Shown: positions 1 through 10,869 of the stretch, piece by piece
Layout of the letters: each line of letters starts with the position of its first letter
Numbering within the stretch: position 1 is the first letter of the stretch
NCBI GenBank assembly: GCA_964553245.1
Contig: CAZKJM010000001.1
Location: forward strand, 145,806-209,805
Direction of reading: 5' to 3'
DNA: 64,000 nt
Origin: an uncultured Gammaproteobacteria bacterium
Lineage (GTDB): Bacteria; Patescibacteriota; Microgenomatia; Levybacterales; UBA12049
The notes under the pieces: generated by a model
Seen by the model: the letters and a program-made list of their open reading frames with translations, nothing else
What the model was told of the DNA's origin: nothing
The model's database searches: none
Translations under genes and position numbers: made by a program

Positions 1-2170
1 CATTTACTTTTGCGTTCCATCCTGGAAAATATGTATCTGACATATAAAATAATGCTTGCTCATTTGTATTTACCTTAAATTTCTGCTGATTAATGTTATT
101 GTCAATCAAAAAAGCTGAGCCAGTTCCCTCTTTAAGCAAAATAGGAAGTTTTTCGCTTAATATTATCTTTTTATTAAAATTTAATAATGGTCTGGATAAT
201 TCACTTAATGACTTATTATCGCTTAAAACTTCGTAATCATAAACAAGATAAAATCTTTTAAGCGCATTTTTATTTTTATAAACTTTATATTTAGCATCTG
301 CGTAAATCTCGTCTAAATCTTTTTGATATTTCCCGGTCAGAAAATAATCAATTGATGGATTCCCGTCTTTTCCTCCGACTATCAACTCAACACCCAGAAT
401 ATCAAGAGTATTTTTTAATTTTTCCTGTTTATTTAAATAATACTTATTTGTGCTTGGGGGCTTTTCATCTTTTTTCCCTTGCAATGACTGCAAAAGAAGA
501 GCTGTTCTTTGAAGATACAAAGGATTATATGTTTCGGTTGAATAAATATTTAAATATGTTGAAATTTCAGGATCAGATATTCCATAATTTCTTACCAAAT
601 TGTTCTTTTGGTAATCTTTAATGTAATCTATAACCTTAGTCTCAGGATATAAAAATTTATTATTTGAGAATGTTAAGAATCTATACCCTAGAACAAATAA
701 ATCTGTAAAAGTTATTAATAAAATTAAAAATATAAAAATTACATTTGAGGTCTTTATTTTTTTAAAAACTAAATAAAATGATGTAACTACAAAAAAAAGA
801 AAAGTAAATGCTAGAGTGAATTTAACATTATGTATAAATTCATTAATTAAATCGTGACTTGATAAGCTAATAATTTTCCCAATAATAATAAAAGCAAATA
901 ATAAAACAAATAATAAAATACTTATAAACAGCTTCTTTCTGTTTTTATCCTTTATAAAATTGTCAAAACCAAACCCGGCAAGAACTGATCCCGAAAATAA
1001 ACTGAGCATAAAAAGTCTTGCACCTGAGCCATTGGTTATTAAAGGTATTTTTAAATAAAACAAAATATCTCCAATGTATTTAAATGAAAATAAAGCGCTT
1101 AAAATAAAAACAAAAGTAAAGAATTTAACAAAAATATTTTTGCGAGAAAAAATTGAGGCAAAAATTGCAAAAAATAATGGGATAATTCCAAAATAACCAC
1201 TTGTTTCAATATATCCAGATGTTAAATTATTAGTACTTGGACTACCAAAAAAATCAGGCGAGAATAAACGAAACAAGCGAATGGGCGTTAATAATTCACC
1301 AGCAAATGTATTAAATTTATCAGAAAATTCCCTATGTGAATTACTAAATAATTCAAATGCAGGAATAAGGGATATTGAAGTAACCAATGCTCCAAATGCT
1401 ATTGACAAAAACAGAAAAAGGTAATCTTTTTTTCTAAGTTTCTTTAGATAACCATAGAATAATATAAACGCAATAACTAAAAGTATGCCATATGCACTAA
1501 ATTGCAAATGACCTGCAAAGATTGAAAAAGCTATAGAAACACCAAGTAAGAATAAATATGCTCCTCTTTTGTTATCTGCATATCTTTTTGCAAAAAGCAA
1601 GAAAAGTGGAATCCACAGTATTACATGTCCCTCAGATCCGAACTGTAAAAAACCCATCATTAGGGAATTTAAAGCAAACGCAAAGCTTGAAAGAATACTT
1701 GAAAAATAGGAAAGCTTAAAATCCCTTGCTAATAAATAAAAGAAAAGTAATGATAAAAATATTTGTAAAAACAACAGCATATTCCAAGATGTTATTTCAC
1801 CAAAAACAAAAAAAATATTTGTTGGATAAAAAATTAAGGGCTTTAAAGAAGCTAAAAATGGAGTTCCCATGAATTGATAAGGGTTCCAGAAGGGAATTAT
1901 TCCATTGGTTAATGACTGAAAAACTAAATGTCTCCATGGATACATTTGAATAATTGCATCTTGTGTATAATTATTTTTTATTAATATTGTCCCTGGAGAA
2001 TACCACGGAAGATAATTACTAATTAACAGGTCTAATGGAAGCAAGATTAATCCTTGAAACATCGGAAAAAGATAAACTGACGTTAAAATTAAGAAAAAAG
2101 TTACTATAGATGAAATCTCTATAATTCGTCTATATTTATTAATGAAGCATTTAACATTATTAAAATTCAT
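1..2170 (-). CDS. YfhO-like GT-C membrane protein, C-terminus beyond window edge (partial)
   Basis: My own translation of the minus strand from ATG at 2170, which overlaps the TGA of the upstream gene as ATGA. The reading frame stays open to position 1. The product carries the same motifs as the three full-length YfhO-like paralogs: 'QMYPWRHL', 'IPFWNPYQFMGTP', 'SPDFFGSPST', 'GYFGIIPLFF'. It is absent from the ORF track because it runs off the window. Confidence 0.75.
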   Translation of the reverse strand, partial: MNFNNVKCFINKYRRIIEISSIVTFFLILTSVYLFPMFQGLILLPLDLLISNYLPWYSPGTILIKNNYTQDAIIQMYPWRHLVFQSLTNGIIPFWNPYQFMGTPFLASLKPLIFYPTNIFFVFGEITSWNMLLFLQIFLSLLFFYLLARDFKLSYFSSILSSFAFALNSLMMGFLQFGSEGHVILWIPLFLLFAKRYADNKRGAYLFLLGVSIAFSIFAGHLQFSAYGILLVIAFILFYGYLKKLRKKDYLFLFLSIAFGALVTSISLIPAFELFSNSHREFSDKFNTFAGELLTPIRLFRLFSPDFFGSPSTNNLTSGYIETSGYFGIIPLFFAIFASIFSRKNIFVKFFTFVFILSALFSFKYIGDILFYLKIPLITNGSGARLFMLSLFSGSVLAGFGFDNFIKDKNRKKLFISILLFVLLFAFIIIGKIISLSSHDLINEFIHNVKFTLAFTFLFFVVTSFYLVFKKIKTSNVIFIFLILLITFTDLFVLGYRFLTFSNNKFLYPETKVIDYIKDYQKNNLVRNYGISDPEISTYLNIYSTETYNPLYLQRTALLLQSLQGKKDEKPPSTNKYYLNKQEKLKNTLDILGVELIVGGKDGNPSIDYFLTGKYQKDLDEIYADAKYKVYKNKNALKRFYLVYDYEVLSDNKSLSELSRPLLNFNKKIILSEKLPILLKEGTGSAFLIDNNINQQKFKVNTNEQALFYMSDTYFPGWNAKVN

Positions 2171-3675
2171 TTTAGGTCAGTTCGTTTTTGAACAACAATA
2201 TCTCCATTTAATTTTTTAGAAGACACAACTCTCCCATCTCCCTCTCTTGCTTCAAGCCACCACCTAGGTCTATCTGGATATCCCGGATCAGCCTCAATAA
2301 TAAAATACATTATGTCTGCTTTTTTAACAGGTAAGTATCCATATTGCTTGTTTCCATACCATTTAAATAAGTATTGATAAGTATTATCAAAAACAGGAGG
2401 AGTATATAATTCATATTTAAAATTTTGAGTATTTGCGTCTTTATAAATATAATCTACCACCTTTAATTGATTTCTATAGACCGATGCATCTCCTTCCCAT
2501 AATGGTTTTTGAAAATTATTAATAATTGAAAATGAATTAACGTTTATTAAAAAAAACATAGCTAAAATTAAAAAAATTATTATTTTAATTTTTATTCTTT
2601 TGTATGCAATAAATAAACTTATGGATACAAGAAAAATATAAAGAATTGGAAGTCCTACGAAATAATGCGGCCATAAAGCATTGGTAAATATAATGCTGCC
2701 AATATAAAAAACCAAAAGTGTAATTACTGAAGTTAAAATGAAATTTTTAATTAAAACTGACGCTTTTTTATAAAATAAGATAATTACTACTATAGAAAAA
2801 ATTAATAAAAATATTTCTAAAATATTTCTTTGCGGAAAAAATACATTACTGAATTGATCTAGATGAGTATTAAATCTATTCTCTAAAAAATGATATAAAT
2901 CTAATTTATCTTCAAGCGTATCTTTTCCAAAAAACCTAAGAAAAGCCTTGCTCATTATAAAACTATGCCTTAATTCAAAAATTATTCTTGGAAGTAAAAT
3001 AATTATTCCGCCAACAAAAAAAAATATTATATGACCGATTCTTATTTTTCTACCCAGAATGACAAGAATTGAAAAAACGATTCCAATTAAAAATAATATT
3101 CCCCATAAAATTTCAACGTCAATATTTAAAAACAAAAGAAAACCAAGAAGAAAAAAATAAATAGATTTCGATTTTTTATTTAATACATATATTCTTTCCA
3201 AAATTATAAAAGTTAAAATCACTAATAAAGGTGCTATATTAGGGTTCCAAATTTGAGAAGATAAGGAAATAAGAATTGGGGAAAATGAAATTAAGAAAGC
3301 CAATACCAAGCCCAGGAAACTTCCACTTATCTTTTTACCAAAATAATAACTTAAAATAATTGTTAAAATTCCAAATACCGCCATTGAAAAAGCAATCCCC
3401 TGAGGGTTACCGTTAAAAATAACAAAAAACGGAGTTAATATAAGGTACCACCATGGACCATAAAAAACTCCCTCAATTCCAGTAGTTGGTCCAATTAAAC
3501 TAAGTTTATGGTCATAAACCATACTCCAAAGAGAAAGCATATCTCGTCCAACGTCATATGTAAACGCAAATGAGCCAGTAAAAACCCCCTCTAGTCTTAA
3601 CACAAGCCCCAGTATCAAAATTAGACACAGAAATAAATAATCTTTTTTAAAAATTTTTTTAAAATAAAGGTTCAT
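2167..3675 (-). CDS. Putative GT-C fold membrane glycosyltransferase, PMT_2-like (paralog of 60172..61758)
   Basis: 502 aa, multi-pass membrane protein. First-loop acidic motif 'YDVGRD' and 'LIGPTTGIEGVFYGPWWY' align with 'GDEGRD' and 'LLGPTASVGGFFLGPIYYY' of the 60172 gene. Both share 'SSQIWNPN'/'SRSSWNPN'. Confidence 0.65.
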   Translation of the reverse strand: MNLYFKKIFKKDYLFLCLILILGLVLRLEGVFTGSFAFTYDVGRDMLSLWSMVYDHKLSLIGPTTGIEGVFYGPWWYLILTPFFVIFNGNPQGIAFSMAVFGILTIILSYYFGKKISGSFLGLVLAFLISFSPILISLSSQIWNPNIAPLLVILTFIILERIYVLNKKSKSIYFFLLGFLLFLNIDVEILWGILFLIGIVFSILVILGRKIRIGHIIFFFVGGIIILLPRIIFELRHSFIMSKAFLRFFGKDTLEDKLDLYHFLENRFNTHLDQFSNVFFPQRNILEIFLLIFSIVVIILFYKKASVLIKNFILTSVITLLVFYIGSIIFTNALWPHYFVGLPILYIFLVSISLFIAYKRIKIKIIIFLILAMFFLINVNSFSIINNFQKPLWEGDASVYRNQLKVVDYIYKDANTQNFKYELYTPPVFDNTYQYLFKWYGNKQYGYLPVKKADIMYFIIEADPGYPDRPRWWLEAREGDGRVVSSKKLNGDIVVQKRTDLK

Positions 3676-3679
3676 TTCT

Positions 3680-5335
3680 TCAAGTTTTTGCTACTCTTAT
3701 TGCGGGCATGCCATCTAAATTATTTATCGTCTTAAAAGCCGCGGCAGCCGGTATCTCATCTGGATTCCCAATATACAACACATCTTTATGGTTTGCGTCT
3801 TTTGACCAATCAATTGGTCTAAATTCGTATTTGCCAAAAGATTGGTGCTCTGCAAATCCTCCCGAGCTACCCATTCCTATTTCTTGATAGTCTTTAGGGG
3901 AATATTTTAAATAGAAAAGGAAAAACATATATGACTTATCCATTGGTTGCTTATCTGAGACAACAATTTTCTGATAATTTTTTTCTATTGGCTTAATCTC
4001 ATCAATTACCTGCCTATATCCATATTGCCAATCCTGTGAATAATAATAATTCTGTTGCACAAAATACTGATTTAGAAAAAATGAAAAATTAAAAAGAAAA
4101 ATCGAAGCAAAAAATACATACGAAACATAGATTATTTTTTTAAATTTTTGAATAGCTAAAACTAATGCAATAAGCCCAATTGCTGAAAAAATATGCCAAG
4201 TTGGTAAAAAGTTTAATGTTCTAACTGCATGAGGAACTCCTGTTGTAACTGATGCTGGAATAGGAGCAATTAAAAACCAAAAAAATATAATAAGTTTTGA
4301 CTTTTTATCAAATTTACCAAAAATTAATGAATAGATTCCAATTAAGATTAAAGGTAATTCAAATAAGTACAAAAGACCGACACTTGGTGCATGATGACGG
4401 GAAATATCCCCTGTCATAAACAACCAATTTAAATCAAAATGCGAAATATATCCCGAAACAATTGTCTTTGCGTAAACAATTCTTCTGTTGTCTAAGAGAA
4501 AGCCAATCTTATTACCATCTTTAATATCCCTTTCAAGTTTTTGAGTATTTGTTTTTAAAAGCTCTGTTTTGTACGAAAAAATACTAGTTCCTTTTACCCT
4601 CAAAAGAGATGAGCTATCAGTCAAAACATAAATTACCATTGGTGTTAATACTACAAGCACTAAGACCACCGCTGATATTAAATATTTTTTACTGATCGAA
4701 AAAAGTTGTTTTCTATAAATTAAGATTAGAGCAATAACTAAAAGTGGAGTAAATACCCTAGTGCTTTGATAAATATATGGAGCAAGCCCTACGAAAATTG
4801 CTGAAACATATAAAAACCAAGGCTTTTTTAAGCCTTTTAGGAAAAACAAGACAATTAAAATATTAAAAGAAGAGCCAACGTTTGCCTCAAAACCAATTCT
4901 TGAAAACTGCAAAGACCAAGGAGATACTGCTAGAAAAAAACTTGTTAAAAGCGCAAGGCAATCTCTAAATTTATAACTTACAAATAAGTCTCTTATAAGA
5001 AAAAATACTGCTATAACTGAAGCAACTCCAAAAAAAGCAGAGGGAAATCTTACAGCAAATATATTTAATCCAAACGCTAAAATTGATGGAATAGAAAGAT
5101 ATGAATAAAGCGCTGGTTTATAATCATCAAAAGACCTAAGAACAACAGGTAAAAATTTTCCAAATTCATCTCTTCCTGTTTGAATAATTGAGTATGTATT
5201 GTAACCCAAGGCAACCTCATCCCAATCAGGCGAAGGGGGAACATTTCCAAGTTGATAAAATCTCAAAAATATTGCGATTAAAATAATAACTCCAAAAACA
5301 ATCCAAATTAATTTTTTAATCATAAGTATATGCAA
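3680..5335 (-). CDS. PMT/ArnT-family (GT39/GT83-like) GT-C glycosyltransferase, tandem paralog 1 of 5
   Basis: 551 aa. N-terminal 'RFYQLGNVPPSPDWDEV' with a DE motif in the first extracytoplasmic loop, then 'GRDEFGKFLPVV...DYKPALYSYL', about 11 TM segments and a roughly 150 aa C-terminal soluble domain. Confidence 0.8.
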   Translation of the reverse strand: MHILMIKKLIWIVFGVIILIAIFLRFYQLGNVPPSPDWDEVALGYNTYSIIQTGRDEFGKFLPVVLRSFDDYKPALYSYLSIPSILAFGLNIFAVRFPSAFFGVASVIAVFFLIRDLFVSYKFRDCLALLTSFFLAVSPWSLQFSRIGFEANVGSSFNILIVLFFLKGLKKPWFLYVSAIFVGLAPYIYQSTRVFTPLLVIALILIYRKQLFSISKKYLISAVVLVLVVLTPMVIYVLTDSSSLLRVKGTSIFSYKTELLKTNTQKLERDIKDGNKIGFLLDNRRIVYAKTIVSGYISHFDLNWLFMTGDISRHHAPSVGLLYLFELPLILIGIYSLIFGKFDKKSKLIIFFWFLIAPIPASVTTGVPHAVRTLNFLPTWHIFSAIGLIALVLAIQKFKKIIYVSYVFFASIFLFNFSFFLNQYFVQQNYYYSQDWQYGYRQVIDEIKPIEKNYQKIVVSDKQPMDKSYMFFLFYLKYSPKDYQEIGMGSSGGFAEHQSFGKYEFRPIDWSKDANHKDVLYIGNPDEIPAAAAFKTINNLDGMPAIRVAKT

Positions 5336-6956
5336 CTAATACTTCTTGCCCATTTAAACGATAAAATCTTTTTAATATATTTATATTTTCCGGCAAATTA
5401 TATGGCGTATTTATGTATAACACATCATTTTTTTTACTTAATTCATAATTATACTCATCTGGAAAAAGATACTTATCATAGCCTTTAATTGTTACAAATC
5501 CAAACGGATCCCTTTGAATACTTGCTGTTTCTCTAAAAAATTTAGGATTTGTTTCTGTATAAAATAAATAATAAACATATGGTCTTCCAAGTGCGCTTGT
5601 GATCTGAATATAGTCATAGTTTTTTTCAACAGATCTTACGTATTCAATAGATTCTTTATATCCATATTGCCACTCCCCAGAGTACTCATACGGATAATGA
5701 TTAATATAATTATGTAAAAAGTAAATAATGTTTAAAAACAGCAACAAAGAAATAATAGTAATTATTGTTGCCGACACCCATCTTTTATATTTTTTTATCC
5801 AAAAAAGGAACCTTACAAAACCATAAGCTGCTAAGATTTGAAACGTTGGGAGAGTAGTTTCAATTCTTAATGCATGAGGAGTTTCTCTTGCTGTTGCCGC
5901 CGGAATGATCCCAATCAATAACCAAGCTGGTATAATCCACCAATTATCTTCTCTCTTTCTTATTAAAAGAATTATCCCACCAACAAAAAAAGCAATATCC
6001 CAGATATACATTTGTCCAACATCTTGAATTGAAAACTTAGGATTACCATCCCCTCTTATAAATAGAAAATTTGGGGCTAAATTATCAAAATAATGTCTTA
6101 TGTATTCAAGCGAATAAAAAACTCTTCTATTATGAATTATATTTGACCAAAGAGTATTATTATTATTTTTAATTTGTTGATTTGCTGTTTTTACAACATT
6201 TATATCGGAAAAGATATTTACTTCTTTAAACCTTAAACTAGCTTGAGGAGATAGTAAAAATCCGACAATAGGAATAATTATTAATACACCTGCTATAATT
6301 GCTAATCCTATCTGTTTTTTTAAATTAAGAAGTTTTTTTCTAAAAGCAAATAAAAGAAGGAGTGCTAAAATAGGCACAACCACCCTTGATGTATTAAAAG
6401 TATATAGTGATATTGCAAATAAGATTGCAGAAATTACTAAATACCATTTTTTATCCTGAATCCCTGCTAAAAATGCCCAAATACCAGTTACAATAAAAAA
6501 ACTGGCAACATTTGCCTCAAACGCTGCTCTCGATAACATTATATGCCACGGAGATATAGCTAAAAACAGTGATGAAAATAATGCGTAATAATCTTTTTGT
6601 TTCGATCTATAAAAGATTCTCTGGGCTAAAAAGTAGGTCATAAATACTGTTAAAAATCCAAAAAAAGCTGATGGTAATCTAGTTGAAAATTCATTTAAAC
6701 CAAGAAGTTTAACAGGAATAATTGTTAAATATGCGTAAACAGGAGGTTTAAAATCTCCGAAGGATTCAAGATAATCATATGGAAGAAATCTTCCAAATTC
6801 ATCTTTTCCATCAATTCCTAATGAATATGCATTATATCCCCAAGATACCTCATCCCATGTAAGACTAGGGGGATTTTGTCCTAATTGATAGAATCTAATA
6901 ATAAACGAAAGTATTAAAACTAATACTAAAAAAATTTTAGCTTTATTTTTCCACAT
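5316..6956 (-). CDS. PMT/ArnT-family GT-C glycosyltransferase, tandem paralog 2
   Basis: 546 aa, 'RFYQLGQNPPSLTWDEV', 'GKDEFGRFLP', 'FGDFKPPVYAYL'. Overlaps the neighbouring gene by 20 nt. Confidence 0.8.
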   Translation of the reverse strand: MWKNKAKIFLVLVLILSFIIRFYQLGQNPPSLTWDEVSWGYNAYSLGIDGKDEFGRFLPYDYLESFGDFKPPVYAYLTIIPVKLLGLNEFSTRLPSAFFGFLTVFMTYFLAQRIFYRSKQKDYYALFSSLFLAISPWHIMLSRAAFEANVASFFIVTGIWAFLAGIQDKKWYLVISAILFAISLYTFNTSRVVVPILALLLLFAFRKKLLNLKKQIGLAIIAGVLIIIPIVGFLLSPQASLRFKEVNIFSDINVVKTANQQIKNNNNTLWSNIIHNRRVFYSLEYIRHYFDNLAPNFLFIRGDGNPKFSIQDVGQMYIWDIAFFVGGIILLIRKREDNWWIIPAWLLIGIIPAATARETPHALRIETTLPTFQILAAYGFVRFLFWIKKYKRWVSATIITIISLLLFLNIIYFLHNYINHYPYEYSGEWQYGYKESIEYVRSVEKNYDYIQITSALGRPYVYYLFYTETNPKFFRETASIQRDPFGFVTIKGYDKYLFPDEYNYELSKKNDVLYINTPYNLPENINILKRFYRLNGQEVLVAYTYD

Positions 6957-8598
6957 AATCTAAGTTTTCCGATTCAAAAAAGTAAACAACAATATTCACA
7001 CCATCTGGGCTTCTTAATAAATAAACAGGTGTATTTTCAGAAAGATCTTTTTTAAAACCAACATATAATACCTCTTTTCCAGTTCTGCTTAACTCAAGGT
7101 ATTCCTTTTCATCACTTGGAAAATTTCCAAAATAAAGATTATCAAACTTCATTGTTTCTGTTTTTGTTATATTAAGTTGATTCTTAAATGAATTCTGAAA
7201 TACCGATGGATCTATTTTGTTATAAAAAGCATAAAGAATTGGCCAGTCTTTTCCTCCGCTTACATAGACTTTATCATATTTATCCTTATTTTCAGTTATG
7301 TATTCTAAAGCTTTTTTTTGTGGCATTTGCCACCAATCTGAAGAATAAACAGGATAATCAAAAAAATATGTAAAAAGATAGCTTGAGACAAAAATTAAAC
7401 ACGATATTACAATAACTACTGTGCTTAAAATTTTAAATTTTTTCATTTTTCTAATAAATACATCATAAAAATATACTATCCCAACAGAAGAGAGGATTAC
7501 GGGGGCTGGAATTATTAACAAATCCCTATATGCATAATAACCTGTACTTGTTAATCCACCTGGAACAGCTGCAAAAATAATCCAAAGAAGTAAAAATACA
7601 AAAGTTTTTTTATCTTTTCTAAATAAATAATAAAGTCCAAGAAAGAAAAATGGCAGTTCAAAAAGATAATACTGACCATGATTTGATACTCCCTTGTCTA
7701 AATTGCTTTCTCCATTTAGAAACATATAGTTTATAGAAAAAAATCCTGTATATGTGGTTGTGAAAAGCCTAATATAATAAATTGGCTTGTTATGAAAAAT
7801 ATTTGATAACCATAAAGGAGCGTTGCTCAAATGTCTTTCGCTATTTACAACATTAGTTGCTTTTATAGAATCAAAAATAGAAGTATCTTTTATCTTAGAA
7901 ATTCCGTCAAATAAAGTTAACTTCCATGAAAAGATATATAAAAATCCAAAGAATATTAAAAATAATAACAAATATTTTTTACTAATCTTAAACAAATCTT
8001 TTTTATAATAAAAAATTACTGGTAAAAATATTGTCAGAAAAATTTTTGGTGCATGATAAGAAAATAAAGATAATCCTAAAATTAATCCAGCAATAGGTAA
8101 TAAATAAAGCTTTCTTTTATCGACATAAAACATTAAGGTTATTCCAAAAAGAACTAGGAATAAGCAAAGAGATTCCTCAAGTCCAGTTCTTGAAAGCTGA
8201 ATGCTCCATGGATTTACTGCTAAAAGTAACGTGGAAACAATTGAAACCTTTTTATTCTTGAAAAGCTTATCTACAAAAAAATAAAACGTGACTACGGTTA
8301 ACAAACCTAAAACCGCAAAAGGAATACGCTCAACAAATGCATTAAGTCCCCAAAAATTAACAAACGGAATCAATAAGTATATTGCTAAAGGCATTCTGTG
8401 ATTATCTTGAAATTGAAGTGGTAAATAGTTCCCGTATTGATCGTTTCCAGTTTGCAATATGCTATATGCACTATAAGCAGCTTCAGCTTCGTCAACATGC
8501 ATACTAGGCGGGTTAACCCCTAAGTTCCAAACTCTTAAAAATAATGCAACCAAAATTATTAGTATAAAAATAAAGTTTTTTTTGAAAAAGTTTCTCAT
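6943..8598 (-). CDS. PMT/ArnT-family GT-C glycosyltransferase, tandem paralog 3
   Basis: 551 aa, 'LRVWNLGVNPPSMHVDEAEAAYSAYS', 'GNDQYGNYLP'. Same architecture as paralogs 1 and 2. Confidence 0.8.
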   Translation of the reverse strand: MRNFFKKNFIFILIILVALFLRVWNLGVNPPSMHVDEAEAAYSAYSILQTGNDQYGNYLPLQFQDNHRMPLAIYLLIPFVNFWGLNAFVERIPFAVLGLLTVVTFYFFVDKLFKNKKVSIVSTLLLAVNPWSIQLSRTGLEESLCLFLVLFGITLMFYVDKRKLYLLPIAGLILGLSLFSYHAPKIFLTIFLPVIFYYKKDLFKISKKYLLLFLIFFGFLYIFSWKLTLFDGISKIKDTSIFDSIKATNVVNSERHLSNAPLWLSNIFHNKPIYYIRLFTTTYTGFFSINYMFLNGESNLDKGVSNHGQYYLFELPFFFLGLYYLFRKDKKTFVFLLLWIIFAAVPGGLTSTGYYAYRDLLIIPAPVILSSVGIVYFYDVFIRKMKKFKILSTVVIVISCLIFVSSYLFTYFFDYPVYSSDWWQMPQKKALEYITENKDKYDKVYVSGGKDWPILYAFYNKIDPSVFQNSFKNQLNITKTETMKFDNLYFGNFPSDEKEYLELSRTGKEVLYVGFKKDLSENTPVYLLRSPDGVNIVVYFFESENLDYVEK

Positions 8599-9197
8599 TT
8601 AACTATAGTAAACCACATATTCATTCCCAGCTCAAAGAACCCATTTTTAATACCTTCCTCTTTAAATCCATTGTTTTTTAAAATAGACTTTATCTTTACG
8701 TTATTATGATTATGCTTATGATCTTCTATTTCCTCTTTACTAATTAAGCCAATTTTTCCCATAAAATGAAGTAAAAAATCTACCCAAGGAGCTGGTGTTG
8801 TAATTATAAATACGCCATTCTTATTCAAAACTCTTGAAACTTCTTTTAGAACAAATGAAAGTTTGTCATTATTTATATGTTCAAAAACAGCAAGCATAGT
8901 TATTACATCAAAATGGTTATCTTTAAACGGAAGTTTTTGTTTTTCAATATTTAGCTTTTTTAGAATAACTGATTTATTCTTTACTAAGTTTAAATTAACA
9001 CTTGAATCTATTCCGTATTTTTCTTCTAAATCTGAATTAATTAAAAAATATGGATAGAAACCGCAACCAATATCTAACACTCTACCTTTTTTTCCAAAAC
9101 GAGAAATAAGCTTATTTGCCATTTGCCCTCTTTTTTTTGCTAGGAATTTTTCCAGCAAACCATAACCTCTAGTAGGATTCAAAGAATTATTCATCAC
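8595..9197 (-). CDS. Class I SAM-dependent methyltransferase
   Basis: 200 aa. Motif I 'VLDIGCGFYPYF', 'FDVITMLAVFEHI' and 'NGVFIITTP' are typical of Methyltransf_11/23. It is inserted between PMT-like paralogs 3 and 4 with 4 nt and 11 nt overlaps. Confidence 0.75.
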   Translation of the reverse strand: MMNNSLNPTRGYGLLEKFLAKKRGQMANKLISRFGKKGRVLDIGCGFYPYFLINSDLEEKYGIDSSVNLNLVKNKSVILKKLNIEKQKLPFKDNHFDVITMLAVFEHINNDKLSFVLKEVSRVLNKNGVFIITTPAPWVDFLLHFMGKIGLISKEEIEDHKHNHNNVKIKSILKNNGFKEEGIKNGFFELGMNMWFTIVK

Positions 9198-10869
9198 TAT
9201 TTATTTTAGCAGACACTGTAGCATAATATTCCATTATTCTAAAGGCTGTTGTTCCATCCTTCCATTTAATTTCCTTTAGTTCCAAACTTGCTTTTGTAGG
9301 CGTCTTACAATTTCCGGAATCAATAAAAAGCATTTTCGTAGGATCATAGTTTTTAATTCCATTTAAGGCACAGTCCATAGGCACAAAATAATATTTATCA
9401 AACCCGCTATAATCAAGATCTCTTGGTGATCCTAAGGCCTGATATTTTAAAGGATCATATTTATTGTTAAATAAAATATGAATATATGGACTTCCAACAG
9501 ATTTAGAGATTACAATTTTTTCATATTTTGGATAATACATATTTAATTCTTTAACTAATTCTTTATATGCATATTCTCGATGCCATGGTTGATGTTTTTC
9601 CTGATGTACATAATACTGATGCTGAAAATAGGCTAATTCATAGACTCCAACCAAAACAAGAATTAGTATTAGGATTTTTGCCATTTTTCCTCCTATCTGT
9701 TTATAATTGAAAAATTCATAAATACCCAAGGAAATTATTATTATTATTGCTGGAAGAATTACTAATGATCTATATAGATTGGGAATTTCATCATATGTAA
9801 TTGCAGCTGGGATTAATAATAAAAACCACCATCCTAAAATTAATAAGCTAGTTAAATTCTTTTTTCTTATTAAGAAGTAAACTCCCATTAATAAAAATGG
9901 TAATTGCCAAATATAAAAAAGCCCAGCTTGATAAACGCTTACTCTTAAAGGAAAGCCTCCCTTAAGAACTAAAAAATCAAGTGTAAGGTATTTTGCATAA
10001 TTATCAATTAAGGTTCTTGAATAACTAGCTATTTTATTATGAAAAGCTCTTGTTATTAAAACAGGCGTAAATTGGTCTTCTCTTATTTGCTCCTCCATTA
10101 TTAACTTTGTTTCTGGGCTTGAAAAAATTGACACTTGATTAAATCTGTCAATGGAACCAATAAAACTATAACCAATACCAATAATCATAAAAAATAGAAT
10201 TACAAAAATAGTGCTTTTACTAAAACTAATTTTCTTCTTAATTTTTTTTAATGAATGTATGAAAAACAATCCCGCTATTAAAACAATAAAAAATCTAGAA
10301 GCTGTATAGCTTAACACTGCAAAAATACCACTGATCAAAGATATAAATATCCACCTTTTGTTATATTTTTCATTTAGTGATAATAAACCATATGACATCA
10401 GTAAAATAAAAAATAAAGAAGCTACCACCTCACTCACAACTCTACTTAAAATTAAATGCCAGGGTGAAATCGCTAAAAGAAGAGAAGATATTAACGCAAT
10501 TTTCCTATCTTTAAACAATTTAAAGCTAAAAAAATAAATTAAAATTACTGTAGCTATTCCAAAAATAGCTGAGGGTAATCTTGTAGAAAAAGTATTTAAA
10601 TCAAAAAGATATACAAAGGGAATATCTAAGTATGAATATAGTGCTGGTTTAAAATCGCCAAAAGATTTAAGGACAATTGGAAAAGCTTTGCCATATTCAT
10701 CTTTTCCGGTTTCTAAGATGGAAAACGCGTTGTAACCAAAAGCTGCCTCATCGGCTGTAAATCCCGATGGCACATCACCAAGTTGATAAATTCTTAAAAA
10801 AGAAGAAAATACCAGGATTAAAAACAGCCAAAAATATATATTTTTTGTTAATTTTCGTAAATATTCCAT
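9187..10869 (-). CDS. PMT/ArnT-family GT-C glycosyltransferase, tandem paralog 4
   Basis: 560 aa, 'LRIYQLGDVPSGFTADEAAFGYNAFS', 'GKDEYGKAFP', 'FGDFKPALYSYL'. Confidence 0.8.
   Translation of the reverse strand: MEYLRKLTKNIYFWLFLILVFSSFLRIYQLGDVPSGFTADEAAFGYNAFSILETGKDEYGKAFPIVLKSFGDFKPALYSYLDIPFVYLFDLNTFSTRLPSAIFGIATVILIYFFSFKLFKDRKIALISSLLLAISPWHLILSRVVSEVVASLFFILLMSYGLLSLNEKYNKRWIFISLISGIFAVLSYTASRFFIVLIAGLFFIHSLKKIKKKISFSKSTIFVILFFMIIGIGYSFIGSIDRFNQVSIFSSPETKLIMEEQIREDQFTPVLITRAFHNKIASYSRTLIDNYAKYLTLDFLVLKGGFPLRVSVYQAGLFYIWQLPFLLMGVYFLIRKKNLTSLLILGWWFLLLIPAAITYDEIPNLYRSLVILPAIIIIISLGIYEFFNYKQIGGKMAKILILILVLVGVYELAYFQHQYYVHQEKHQPWHREYAYKELVKELNMYYPKYEKIVISKSVGSPYIHILFNNKYDPLKYQALGSPRDLDYSGFDKYYFVPMDCALNGIKNYDPTKMLFIDSGNCKTPTKASLELKEIKWKDGTTAFRIMEYYATVSAKINSDE

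Noticed and set aside
352-621. Plus-strand 89 aa ORF at the left end
   Set aside because: It lies antisense inside the long minus-strand YfhO-like reading frame (1..2170). It has low-complexity AT-driven codons and no motif.
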